A stretch of 64,000 bases of DNA from Vicugna vicugna (Eukaryota). A model generated the notes under the pieces. It was not told where the DNA came from. It worked only from the letters and a program-made list of their open reading frames with translations, and did not search any database. Positions 1 to 12,430 of this stretch are shown one piece after another (position 1 is the first letter of the stretch; each line of letters starts with the position of its first letter). The stretch covers positions 682,001 through 746,000 of the forward strand of contig MU061538.1 of assembly GCA_013265495.1 (NCBI GenBank), written 5' to 3'. The position numbers were made by a program, and so were the translations under genes.

Positions 1-605
1 TCTAAAAGGGGAGAGTGTCCTTTTGGTGTGGGAATGAAAAGTTGCCTTTCATCAATGCTTGGCTCAGAATTGTCGGCTAGAATTAAACCCTTGTTGAGCA
101 GACATTCTTAGCCTGAGTCATTTCCAGCTAGGGCTGTGTGATAAGTGAACTGTTCCATTAGTTCTTTAAGTCCTCGTCATATTTGTGCACAGGTTTAATT
201 AGCCCTTCCCAGGGTGTCGACGGCTCTCTGGGGAGACGGTGCGGATGGCGTCTGTGTGCATCAGAGCTGGGCCTTCTGACGACAGACCGGCCAGGACCCC
301 CAGGAGGGCAGCAAGAGGCCCAGCTCTGCCCCCCAGCCCCTGCACCGAGCTGGCCGTGAGAGGACCCTCTCCAAGGCGTGGACAGCAAGTGCCCAGGACC
401 CCAGGGAAGTCCCTCCCAGGGCACGTCCTCCGTGGCTGCACGTCTGCTCCAAAGACTACCGGGAGGGAGAGGTGCGGCCCGACTTCCTGGCAGGTGAAGG
501 AGGTGGCGGAGGCAGGAACAGGTGTACACGGACAGCCAGTCAGCACCCGGTCCCCCCACGTGCTAACCCGCTGGGGCCCGTGACCACCCCCCGGGGCAGG
601 GGTGG

Positions 606-722
606 CTGTTACCCTCACTTCTCTGATGGGGACACTGAAGCACAGAGACGCACATGCCCAAGGACGGGCCAGGTGGTGGGGACCGGAGCTCCTGCCGCCT
701 GGCTCAGGACACATGATCCTAC
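606..722 (-). mobile_element. MIR SINE remnant
   Basis: The sequence ttaccctcacttctctgatggggacactgaagcacagag...tgcccaagg resembles the reverse complement of the MIR core (ccccattttacagatgaggaaactgaggcacagag...ttgcccaagg). Confidence 0.6.
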
Positions 723-1434
723 GCCCAGATGGTCTGATTACAAGTGTCAGAGGACGGTGTGGGGGGATTAGAACGGCATGTAGGACCCCAGCCCAGAAGC
801 GAGGGTTGGAGGAGGCTCACTGATAGCTGAAAGCTGGTGTTAGCCGCTGGGACGAGGCAGAAGGAGGGGCTGCAGGAGGTCGGAACAGCATGTGAGCAGG
901 CAGCCGCAGACAGTGGTGCAGGACGCACACTGCACAATTCCCATCACGGGTTGTCAATGTGCCCCCTGAAACTGAGCAAACTGGCAGCACCGCGTGTGAC
1001 CAGGCCTTGAGCTGGTAGAGAGCAGGGTGCCACAGCCTCTGGGAGCGCCCGCGTGGCCGGAGAGGGGGATGGGGGGGCTTTAGGTGCCTCCTCTTTGGAG
1101 GAAGGCACTGGACTCTGCCTTGGTGGAGGCGAGGTAAGCTCGTACCGTGTAGATCATGACTACAAACCCCAGGGGGAAATGAAGTCTGCCGATGGCGGTG
1201 GGTAGTGAGTCACAGCAGCAGAGTCCTGGAGGGGTTGCCCCTGAACGAGAGAACACACAGAACGACTTCCCCCTTTGAGACTTTTATCCTAAGGGCGGCC
1301 AGTGGTTGGTGCCACTGGGCAGCTTAAGCTACAGGCGATGTCGCTCTGGCCCGAGGAGCCAGATCCCAGAATCCAGGGCCCCCACAGCCTTGGAAAAGTC
1401 AGGTGGAATCCCAAAGGCTGGGGCTTCAAACTCC

Positions 1435-1473
1435 GCCCCTGCCCCTCCTGCCCCTCCTGCCCCTCCTGCCCCT
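1435..1473. repeat. 9-bp tandem repeat (GCCCCTCCT), ~3.7 copies plus a partial unit
   Basis: Read directly from the sequence. Confidence 0.9.
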
Positions 1474-3757
1474 GAAGGGTGCAAGCGCAAGGCTCGGGGC
1501 GCCCCGCCAGGACAAGAACCTGAACGGAGGTTGGAGCGGCCCCCAGAGGCAGGGTTTGTGGTGTGAGGTCAAGCCGGGGAGCGGCCCTGCTGGAACAGTC
1601 AGCCGGGCAGCCACCTGGCAGAGCTTTGTAACCTCCTCAGCCAAAACAAGACAGCAGAGGTGACACCGAATGGCTTCTCCCTGCTCCTCTGCCTCCCGCG
1701 CCCGCCCTCAGGCCCGGCCCATAGCGTGCACGGGAGTCCCGGCCACGGGAGCCCACGCCCGGGTGTCCTGCTAGCTGGACCCTCGGCCCGCGGCCATCAC
1801 TGCCTGCCGGACGCCGGGTTGGAGGGTGAGTCCCACCCCAGCCTCCCGTCTTCCAGCTGAAGCACCAGGCGCCAGGCGGCGAGGCAGGCGGCCCACAGGG
1901 CCCTGTGTGGACCGTTCAGCCACAGAAACCGAGGAGAGACAACAAAGTGCTGCTATTACTGGCTGAAGCCGCCAAACTCGGGGTGAGTCGATACGCAGCA
2001 GTAGAAAATAACAAGGACCCTTGAGAACCCGCGAGACCGCATTACCAGGTCCAGCTTTCATGGGGTGGGTCCCCGACGAAGAGGCGAGAGAACGGGGCAA
2101 AAAATATTTGAAGATTAATAGTCCAAAAATCCCCAAATTCGATGAAAGACATGATTTTACAGTTTGCAGAAACTCAGTGAGTCCCAAGCAGGGTAAACAG
2201 GGAAAAAAAAAGAAAAAAGAACACACCTGGGAGAACTGCAGTCAGCCTGCCGAAGAGTCTTGAACACACCTGGTGAGAGTGACCCACTCTGCAGCGGGAA
2301 GCAGGGCTCAACCGGCCGCCCCGCACGGCAGAGGACATGGGCGGTCACCGGGCATCTCCAGGGCCACGCCTGGAAGGGCCTCTGGGACCTCGGCCCACCT
2401 TCCAGAGGCCGGAGGTCAGTGACGGAGCGTCCGGGACCGGCGGTAAACTCGGCAGGGAGGGGCCTCCTCCGCCGGGGGCGTCTCCCCAGCGCAGCCTCCT
2501 AGTCCCGCCTCCCTCTTCTGATCTGACCTCCGCACCTGGGGAAAAGCTCCGTCTACAGTGTTTCTCCATTTCACGCTTATCCTCTTAGAAAGTGGAGAAA
2601 TGCGCCAGGCCCGTCTGCGGATCAGAGGCTCCGCCTCAAAAGCCCTTCCGTGCCGGCCGGCCGGCGGGCACCCGGCTCTCCCGCCACAGGCCCCAGCACA
2701 GCGTCCGTCCCTGGCCCGCTGGGGGTCAGAACGGCCTGCCGCGGCCTCACCGTGCGCCGCGCTGGGGCTTCGTCCGGGTGCTGGCCCTCCAGCCGCGTCA
2801 TTTTCTGCCACTGAAGGTTTTTTCCGAGCCGGCCTGGGAATCGTACCACCATTGGTGACACTGTCTCTGTGGAAGACACTCTGAATTTCAGACAATTGAC
2901 TTATTAACACACTTGCATTTTAACTCTGGAGACCTCATGTCCCATCCAGTAAGTGCAGTGACTTCCAGGTGCCCGAGCCGGTCCTGCCGTTAAAGTGACC
3001 CCTTTTCCGACCGTCTCACCCCATAGAAATTTCCATTGCCAAGACGTCAGCCCCTCAAAGGCGCAGGTGAGAAGCACCCCCGTGACAGCTGTAAGGTACG
3101 ATCTGGGGGTGTCTTCCGTCCCCCAGCCCAGTCTCGGGTACCCCAGGTCCCTCTGAAGTCACACCCTGGGTTCAGAAGCCTATGAATCAATGAGTGACTA
3201 AATTCGGGGGACGTCCCTGGAAGCGTCCCAGCACCCACGTCAGGCTGTGGACAATAAGCAACTCGCCATGATCATCGCAGGTCGGACCTGAAGGCCCAGC
3301 ATGCACACGGTAAGGGACCGCCCCCCCCGGAACAAAGGCTGCGGAAGCTCCTAAAAATAAAACCCAAGGGTGCAGCAGTGGCCAGAGGCCCTCCGGTGGT
3401 CTTGGCCAATGTGGCTTCCTCCATTCGAGCAGCCAGAGGGGCCCTGAACCGCCTGACGTGGACGACAGATCCAAGAGGTGAGAGATGGGAGTGTTTGTAG
3501 AGGCAGGACGGTTCCCCAGCCCAGACCTTCACACTGGCGCCGGGACACTCAGGCCGGGCCAGCAGGGAGTGTCCGAGCGGGGGCGCTGGCCGCGGTTCAT
3601 GTGATGCTGCTACCTGGACCATGGGGCCTCAGCGCCCCGGCAGGAGTCGGGGGCCCCCATGGTGGACATGAGTCCAGGTGGGGGTGGTGAACAGGCTGAG
3701 AGAAGACAGGACTTTGGGGGAGCGAGCCCTCTGCCTGGTTCCCCACCTGACCCGCCA

Positions 3758-3825
3758 GCTCCCAGAACCCAGAACAGGGCCTGATGCAGGAAGGAAACTC
3801 GGGAAGTGTTTGTTGATTGATAAAA
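3758..3825 (+). mobile_element. L2 LINE 3' end remnant
   Basis: The sequence cagaacagggcctgatgcaggaaggaaactcgggaagtgtttgttgattga resembles the L2 3' end (gcctggcacatagtaggcgctcaataaatatttgttgaatga). Confidence 0.45.
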
Positions 3826-3894
3826 CTGATGAGACAAGAGCATTTCAGGTCTGGGAGATTCAGAAATCTTCTGTGCCCCCCCCCCAATGTGCTC

Positions 3895-4085
3895 ATACAA
3901 ACACGTGTATACATGCCTGTGTGGCCTACACATGTGTGCACACTTGTGCACAGGCACATGTGCATTGCATGCACACACCCACACAGAAATGTGTGCGCAC
4001 ATGCACGCCTGATGCATATATGCACACACCTCCCTGTGCACACGTGTACACACACACCTGTGCGCACACACCTGTGCACACCAGG
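3895..4085. repeat. Degenerate (CA/TG)-type low-complexity repeat
   Basis: About 190 bp built from cacatgtg, tgtgcaca, atgcat and cacacac units. Confidence 0.85.
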
Positions 4086-4192
4086 GCATCAGGGCCCAGA
4101 GGGACTGCAGGATTTCCCAGGTCAAAACACAGGCAAAGCCTGGGAAGAGAGAAAAAGCTCGTGTAGAAATGTGCGAGGTCCTGCACACCTGA

Positions 4193-4228
4193 ACGACACA
4201 CACCACGTGGACGACACACACCACGTGG
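4193..4228. repeat. Exact 18-bp tandem duplication acgacacacaccacgtgg x2 (each unit carries a CACGTG E-box)
   Basis: Read directly from the sequence. Confidence 0.9.
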
Positions 4229-4535
4229 CTGGTGGGACCACTTCCCCTCGGCCTTTGGCCCCATTTCCCAAAACAGAAGCTCCCTGGGCGGAGGGCGCCC
4301 GTCAGTGACACGGGAGCGAGTCAGCCGTGAACCTGACGTGAAATTAGCCGTATGCACCAGCGGGTGGGAGCGACCCTCTGATGCCGCCACTTCCCACCTC
4401 GGCCCCGAGACGGCGCCGGGGCCCGGTCATCGCTCAAGAGAGTCGGGACGTCCAGCAGACATAAAGGAAGCAGCTCCCACTCTGTGCACACAGGCCCGTG
4501 ACCGTGTCCACGGCACAGAGTCACAGCAGGGAGCT

Positions 4536-4646
4536 CACCACTCCATTTTACAGACGAGCAAATGGGGGCTCAGACAAGTGGGTGGGCACCTTGCCTGGGT
4601 CCCAGAGGTGGCAAAAGACAGCACACGCCAGGACCAGAGCCTGACC
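4536..4646 (-). mobile_element. MIR SINE remnant
   Basis: The sequence ccattttacagacgagcaaatgggggctcagac...ccttgcctgggtc matches the reverse-complement MIR core. Confidence 0.6.
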
Positions 4647-7600
4647 TGCTGCCCCCCGGCTGGCAGATGGCGGGAGGCGCGTGGGGGCCGAAGAGGAGCC
4701 CAGGTCAGGGTGGCCCCCGGGTTACCTCCCACCACATCCCTGCAGCGGCTGCCAGCTCAGAGCTAGTCTGCCCACCACACTCTGACTTGGCAAAAGCGTT
4801 TTTACCCAAATCTCTCCATCTCACAGGCCTTGTAGACAAAGCCAGAACCAGAGGCATGTGGACCGGACCCTGGGCGGCCCGTGGCCTCCTAGCCCAGCCT
4901 GAGGGCGCTGGGGCCGGTCCGCCCTGTTTTCTTCCAGGGGAAGCTCACAGCTGCCGCATTTGCTCATATCCTCTGATTTGGTGCAGAATCAAACCTCCAG
5001 GACTTCAGAGGGACTAAGGCTCTGGATGACCCAGGACGCAGAAAATCGGACCTGCATGGCCACTCTCTCTCTGCCGCAAAGAAAACCGAGAATGACAGTG
5101 TCTCCGTTTCCCAACGCAGGAGGCCACCTGCTGCCTTGCTTCGGGGCCACTCGCTCCGGCCGTGGACCCGCTCCTGCTTTGTCTCCGCTGCTGAAAGGCG
5201 CCCCCGTCGGACTCCGAAGGTCATTTCCGGCGGAGGTCCCGGACCCCAGGGAGCACTAACTCTGTGTTCTTTGTCTTCCTGTTGCAGATTTGCCCCGAGG
5301 CTGGTCAGGCGGGGCTGGGGGCCGAGCCCGGTGAGGGCACGGCCGGAGGAGTGGTGTGTGCAGCCCCCGCGCTACGGCAGGCGGCTCGGACGTGACGCTC
5401 GGTCAACAGCCACTGACCTTTCCCAACTGTAGGGGCCTTTCGGGTCCACATGGGGGTGGTGGCTCAGAGTCCGTGATGTGAGTTAACACCACGCACACTG
5501 CCGGTGAGGGTTTCTCCCCCGCCCCCCACCTCCCTTCCATTTATCCAGCAGCACAAAGACGGCGTCGGAGGTGAGCTCAGCGGACGGAGAGCAGCAAATA
5601 TTTCCCAGGCTGCGAGCCTGGGGGCCGGGGCTCCGGAGGAGGCTGGGGGGGGCCCCCGGGGGGGCGGCTCAGGCTGCCAGACCCAGGCCAGACCGAGGGG
5701 ACCTGCACACGCCCCGGCCCAGGGGCCAGAGAAGGAAACCGGACCCCCGCCCGCCACCCACGGAGCCGGGAGCCAGTGCTCATTAGCAGGCCCGTCTCTC
5801 ATCCGAGCTTCTGGGTGTGATAAAGAATTAGGTTTAGCAAATTAGGTGAGGAGAGGGCGTTTGGAAGTGACACCACGGTGATTGATGCTGCTAATAAGCC
5901 TTCAGCCGGGAGCGTCCCCCGCCCCCGCCCGCCCACCAGAGCCGCGGGCTCACCCACCTGCGTTCAGCCACGCGCACCAGGCAGAGCGGCTGGGACCAGC
6001 CTGGCCTGCGCCCGGTGGGGGCTCAGCCCTGTCTCTCCAGGGTGTGAATGCACAGCTGACCCGGGGCTGCAGGGCCCTGGTCCCGGGCGGGTCGTCCTCC
6101 TGCCCGCCTCCCTTTTCCCCACCCCCAAAACACGCTTACATCCCGAAATCAAAGAAAAGAGAGTGTGACTGCCCCCGCCCCACGCGTCGCTCTTGGGCAC
6201 GACCCCGTCTGCCTCCATCTGCACGTCTTTCCCATTTTCCCAGCCGTCAGGGTAGCAGGGGTGCCCCTGTGAAGCTGGTCCACAGGCGGACGCCCTGGCC
6301 ACACCGCTCCTGACCACGGGACAGACGTGCCCCCCGACTGCGTGCCCGTTTCTCCCGCCAGCGTCTGGAAAGCCAGCCCCACCTTCAGACTGGTTCCCGT
6401 GAACGTGTAACGCACCTCATTCTAGGAGGCAGACCTTTCCAAACAGCTAGAGGGTTTTTTCTCTTCAATTCATCCTACACGTTTCTTCTCCGAACAAAAC
6501 GTACTGCGCGTGGCGTGAATTCAGGGAAGTAACATAAGCAGCCCCTGCCTTTCAGAGCGTCAGCAGAGGCCACAAAGCAGGTCACCTGAGGGGCCCTAAA
6601 AACCGAGCAGCAAGTGTCCGCAGCGACGGTGCAGCCGGGGTGTTGGGGGTGGAGAGCAGGCTGCCAGGCGTCGGGGCCCCGGGGACGGGGCCCACCTGTG
6701 GGCGGAGCCGGGCACCGGCTCCCGCAGTGAAGGCAGGCTGGGGGGTGGTCTGAACCCCACGTAGGCTTGGCCACAGGCGTGGTTTTCCCTGAGGCACTGG
6801 GAGCTCTGAGGGGCTCGCCGGAGACACTGACACAGCAGGTGACCTCGGGCCTGAGCCGTCCTGGCGAAGAAGCTGGGCGGCGCGGGAGGCCCAGCTGGGC
6901 AGCTGGCGAGGTCCTCTGCGGCCGTGGCCTGCCCGGCACAGGGGTCCCCTCCCCACGGCCCTCCCTCTGGGCCCTGGGCCCCCTTGGCCTGCCCCCAACC
7001 CTGATGGGGACCCCCTGGCTCTCAGGGGACGGCTGACCTGTCCTCCTTCCTCTGTGATGACACCTGCGCGGACGGGACAGACTGGATCATTTCGCTGCGC
7101 AGCCGAGCGCGGCCCCCAGGTTCTCAGCAGGGCTGCGCCGCGGCTCCCGGGAGGCGGCCTGGGCCCGGGGCAGCTCCTGAGGGTCTGGGCAGGGACACGC
7201 GCTCCCGCGCCTGAAGTCCTGTCAGGGCACGTGCGGTCCTTTTCCAGCAGAGGGGCTGACGGAAGACTCACGGGCCGCACTTTGGGAAAGAGGTCGACAA
7301 ACCTGCTGACAGGATCACGACACAAACAGAAGCGTGTGTGCGGGACCCCCCACAAGCTGAACAGCGGCCCCGCAGCCCCTGCGCCCCTGCGCCCGGGGCA
7401 GGTGCGACCTGGGCAGAGGCTCCGGGAACTGCTCGGGCGTCCCACTGGCGCCGTCTCCCTATCTCCATCGCTGCACCTCGCCCGCAGGCTCCCGCGGTGT
7501 CCCGGCACCATCGCAGACCCCACACGCACGACAACACCTGCGTGTCTGTCCTTCACTCGTACCTTCCCCCACCCATGGCTTCACGCGACTTTTCCGCCTA

Positions 7601-8356
7601 AAATCCCACCACACGCCCAACTTGGTGTGGCAGAAATGGACACCTCCTCCCGAAAGGCTCCTGTGTTTGCCTCCAAAGTAGAGGACACACCTTTTGCCCA
7701 GACTTCAAGTCCGCGGAAGATCTGCCTGGCGTTTCCGCCCTCCCTGTCCGCACCCTCCTCCTAAGCTCCGCCAGACCCCTCCCCACAGCCGCGCAGTCGC
7801 TGCCTGGAGGCCTGCTCTGGCTGCCGGGCCGGCTCTACAGGCCCCCCACAAATCCAGTCACTGCAGCCGCCGCAGATCCCTGCCGTCTCCTTCAGTGGCT
7901 GTTGCCGTGACGACGGCTTCTTCCCCTGGTCCCTACGGGAAACCCTGGCCAGTCCCTAAGGATGGGCTGGGTGTGGGGACACCAGCCCCCCAGCCCCTGT
8001 CTCTCACCAGCTGGCCGCTCGGCGCTTCACTTCACAGCGCAGTCCTGGGGTTTCTTTACGCCCCCTCCCGCCCCGCGCCCACCAACAACTAGCCGGCGAG
8101 CTGTGCTGTGGTAGGGTCTTCCTCTTCCCGGCCCTCAGAACCTGGCGCGTGGTGGGCGGTCAGCGAGTGTCTGTGGAATGTGGGAAACCACTTGCTCCCT
8201 CCCTTCCCCTGCGCTGACATCCACCACCTGTAAAATTGTTATTTCTGTCCCGTCTTTCCCCAGAGGGATCTAAGGCCACTTTGATCAAAACTTCACAGAG
8301 CGACTTCCCAGGACTCCTGGACCGGCTCAGAGAGCCGGAGGCTTGAAATTATAAAT

Positions 8357-8400
8357 TCATTCATTCAGTCAACAAATACGCATTCGTCCCACGCCCAGCT
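8357..8400 (-). mobile_element. L2 LINE 3' tail remnant
   Basis: The sequence ttcattcattcagtcaacaaatacgcatt is typical of a reverse-complement L2 3' end. Confidence 0.45.
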
Positions 8401-9950
8401 TCCCCCAGACAGTCTCAGGGAGCCCAGCCCTGCCATTCACTGGGGGGGGGTTGGGTGTGAGCACAGCCACCCACTGGTTTACACACGGTCACAGGAGGAA
8501 GGTGGCAAGAAGCCCCTCTCCATCCTTCAAGGAAGAGCTGCTGAAAACACAGGCTCCGTTTATTCCATCTCTAATCCTGAGACGCTCCCCAAGGAGCTGG
8601 GCCGTCCCGGGGGGCAAACCTCTAGAGGTTTCAGGAACCCCAGCCAGGCAGGCGGGAGGCACCCACAGCTCTGGGGTCCACGGTGCAGAGAGGAGCTGGG
8701 CCGGGTGCCATCAAGGTCTTCCCAACTCTGGAATTCCAGAATTCTGATACTGTGGTTCACGGGAGCAGACAGGGCAAGCCCAATCAGTGGAGCATCTTGG
8801 CTTAAAGAAAACGGCTAAAAGTGACGGGCGTGGCCTCCTCCTGACCCGCTTTGAAGAGATGATGGCAGGCAGGCGAGGCGCGGGCAGGGAGCCGGGGCAG
8901 AAGGACTGAGGGACACTGACAGATTTGGCCTTGTCTGTCTACTCACTAGGCAAACGTTTGCTGGAATTCCCACCTGCAAGGCGCTGGGTGGGCAGAGGGA
9001 CGCCACAACCGTGGACACAGGGGCGCCATCCTGCCGCTCAGCTCAAGCGCAGGGCGGGAGGGCGTCCTTCTATGGGGTCAGGCTGTGACAAGGCTGCGGA
9101 GGAGACGGAGCAGGTCAGGAGGCGGGAACGGCGGGGGCACCAGCAGGAGGGATCGGGCAGCGCCCACCTGGAGAACGGGGCAGCTTTCCAGACGGAGGGC
9201 AGGCCAAGTGTAAGGACCCAGAGAGGGGTCCCCACAGGGGACGGCGCAGATGTGGGGAAGCAACCGGACTCGGGACACCCTTGACCTGACCGTGTTGCTG
9301 CCGGACCTGCCGTGGACACGGTGCACGGGGCGTGGCTGGCAGTGGGAGAGCAGGGAGGAGGGCGGATTCCCACACGAATCTCAGTGTTTTGGCTTCAGCA
9401 GCAAAGTGAACACGCTGGGGACAGACACTGGCCGGGACGCCGTGTCCTAGAACTGTCTATGACTCCAGGCTTTTCAGAGCCCAATCTGTCAGTGTCTTTC
9501 AGTCCTTCCTCCCCAGGCTCCTTCCCCACTAAAAGGCTGCTGTTTGCTCAGCCCACCAGCTTTTCTGCTTTCTGCAGGATCTGCCTCGAGAAGGAAACTG
9601 GGCAAAGCTGGTGTTCGGAGCCACCTCCTCCCCTGCAGCCGGTGTGGAGACACCGGGAGCGTCAGCAGGAAGCCAGAGCCAGGCTGCAGCGAGCTGCCGG
9701 TCCTGCCCCCTCGCACCTCGGGCTCATCACGCACCCTGGCTCCAGCATCTCCCTCTCCTTTGCCGCCAGCACCTCTGAGACTCTGGCTGCAGTGTGGCCC
9801 TAACAGGGATGCGGTAGCATCTGGAAGGTGCCCACGTGGGGCCGGCCCTGGCAGAGGGGAAGCATGCGAGGTGCGGACCTGAGCACCAGTGAGGAGGCAG
9901 CACTTTATTAAACGACAGATGGGGAGTATTCGTTTTCTTTAAGAACATGT

Positions 9951-12430
9951 GACATTTTATGAGGACAGTGCTGCCTGATGCCAAAACTAGGCGAAGACAC
10001 CACAAGTTAAGAAAACCACAGAGCAGTAGCTTGTGTGAAGACGGATGCAAAACTTCTAAACAAAATACTAGCAGATTTTGAACCCAGCAACATAAGAATT
10101 AAACACTGTGGGGAGGGGGAACAGCTCGGTGGCAGAGCACACGCTTAGTGTGCATGGGGTCCTGGGTTCAGTCCCCAGCGCCTCCATTTTGAAAAAGTGT
10201 GAAAAAGGAGAGAATTAAACACCGTGACGAAGTGGGGCTTATCCTGGGGATGCAGGAGCAGTTCAGATCTGAAAATCGATTAAGGTCGTTAATCGTTATC
10301 AACAGAGTAAAAAACCACGTGACCATCTCAACACACACAGAAAAGGCATCAGGCAAACCCCACGTCTTCTCATGATAAAAACACTCCGCAAACCAAGACC
10401 AGAAGGGAAATTTCTCAACCTGACAAAGGGCAGCCAAAGGAAAACCCACAGCTAAGGTCACACTTCATGTGAAAGTCTGAACGCTTTTCCCAAAGATCAG
10501 GAAGAAAACAGATGCCCACTCCCCTGCTGCCCAGTGTGCCGGAGGCTCTGCCCAGGGCACTTAGGCAGGAAAAGGAATAAAACACATCCCAGCAGGAGAA
10601 GGATGAGCAAAACTGTCCCCAGTCACAAACGACATGATATTGTATATAGAACAGCCTAAGGAATCTGCTAAAAAACTATCACAGCTAATAAATTGATCAA
10701 AATGGTAGGAGACAAGCTCCATCTGTAGAAACCACCTGCATTTCTGTACACTTGCAATGAACGTTTACCCCGTGCTTTCTTCTAAGAGTTTTATAGCTGT
10801 CGCTCTTATACCGAGGTCTCCAGCCATTCTGAGCTCACTTTTGTGTGTGGTGTGAGGTAGGGGCCCAGCCCCGCCCTTTTGCACGTGGATGTCAAGTTGT
10901 CCCACTTTCACAATAGCATCCAAAGAATAAAACACTTAGGAATAAATTTAACAAATGAATTGTGACACTTATGCTCTGAAAACTACAAAACATGGTTGAC
11001 AGAAACGAAGAAAATCTAAATAAATGGAAAGATGCTTCATGTCCATGAGCCGGAAGGCGTAGCACCGTGACGACGGCGCGTTCCCCACACTGATCTGGAG
11101 AGCCGCCTCAGCGCCTAGCAGGTCCCAGCTGACTTCCTTGCAGAAACTGAGGTGCTGACTCTAAATTAGTACTGAACAGTGAGGGACCCGGGGTAACTGA
11201 AATCATCCTGGAAAAGCAGAAAAGGGTAGGAGGAGTCACGCCTCCTGGTTAGAAACTTACTACAAAGCAAGAAGGAGTGGTACCGGCACGTGGACAGACG
11301 TGCAGCGCCAGGAGCCAGGAAACCAGCCCTTACACCGACGGTCGGTCAGCTGCCTGCCGAGACCCTTCAGCGAGGGACAGGACAGCCTTCAGCAAACGCT
11401 GCTGGGACAGCCTGACATCCACGTGCAAAAGGGCGGCGCTGGCCCCCGCCTCACACCACACACAAAATTGAGCTCAGACTGGCTGGAGGCCTCAGTGTAA
11501 GAGCGACAGCTACAAGCTCTTAGAAGAAAGCGTGGGGTGAACGTTCATGACCCTAGGTTTGGGGAAAGATTCTCACACCTGACTAAAAGCACAAGCAACA
11601 AAAGGGGAAATAAATTACATTAGATTTCATCAAAATTTGAAGTTTTTTTTTGTGCTTCAAAGGACAGCAAGAAAGTGCCTAGACCATCCACAGAACCGGA
11701 GATTTTCCAGTCACACGTCTGAAAGGGGCTTGTGGGAAGAACTCTTAAAGTGCAGTAAGAAAAAGACAATATGACTAGAAAATGGCCAACAGATCTAAAC
11801 AGACATCTCCTCAGAGAAGACACATAGGAAGCCAGCAAGGACATGAAGAGACGCGCCACACCAGCAGTCGTCAGAGAGGTGCAAGCGGAAACCCACGGTG
11901 AGGAGCACGGCGCACCCACCTGGGTGGGCAGAATCGAGACAGCCCGCCAGCAAGCGCTGGCGGGTGTGGAGGGACCAGAGCCCGCGTGCGTGGCGGGCGG
12001 GGGTGTAAATTGGTGCAGCTGCTTCGGAAAACAGCCTGGCAGTTCCTCCGACGTAGTTGTCGTGTGGCCCAGCAGCCCCACTCCGAGGCAGCACCCAAGA
12101 GAAACGAAAGCACGTGGGCACAGAGACCTGGGTTTGAACGTTGATGGTCGAGTTACTCATCACGGCCAAAAAGTGGGGACAACCCTCACGTCCTTTGACA
12201 GACAGCTGGATAAACACCACGCGGTGCAGGCACAGAATGACGTCAGCTGAGAAAGGGCTGGAGCACCGGCACCCGCCGCGGCACGGGCGGACCCTGAACA
12301 CACAGCACTCAAGGGCGGAAGCCACGCACGGGAGCCCGCGCGGCACATGTTCCGTTCATGTGAGGCCCACGGGGGGAAATGCGCAGAGGCAGGAAGTGGA
12401 CGCTCGGTGCCTGGGGGGCGGGGGGCGGAC
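9951..12430 (+). mobile_element. Old 5'-truncated L1M element (ORF2 RT region to 3' UTR), degraded; interrupted by a SINE and an inverted insertion
   Basis: L1 ORF2 hallmarks appear in order: gatgcaaaa...aacaaaatactagca, catgataaaaacactc, acaatagcatc...ttaggaataaatttaac, ctcttagaagaa, aaacagacatctcctcagagaagac, gtaaattggtgcagc...ggaaaacagcctggcagttcctc. Confidence 0.85.
10111..10210 (+). mobile_element. tRNA-derived camelid SINE (Vic-1-like) with a 16-bp target-site duplication
   Basis: It has an A-box-like acagctcggtggcagagc, a B-box-like gggttcagtcccc and an A-rich tail. The TSD is agaattaaacactgtg (10095-10110) / agaattaaacaccgtg (10211-10226). Confidence 0.88.

Noticed and set aside
8728-8747. 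Heat-shock element-like GAA/TTC array (ggaattccagaattctg)
   Set aside because: Only two correctly phased nGAAn units are present, and it lies far from the chaperone promoter.
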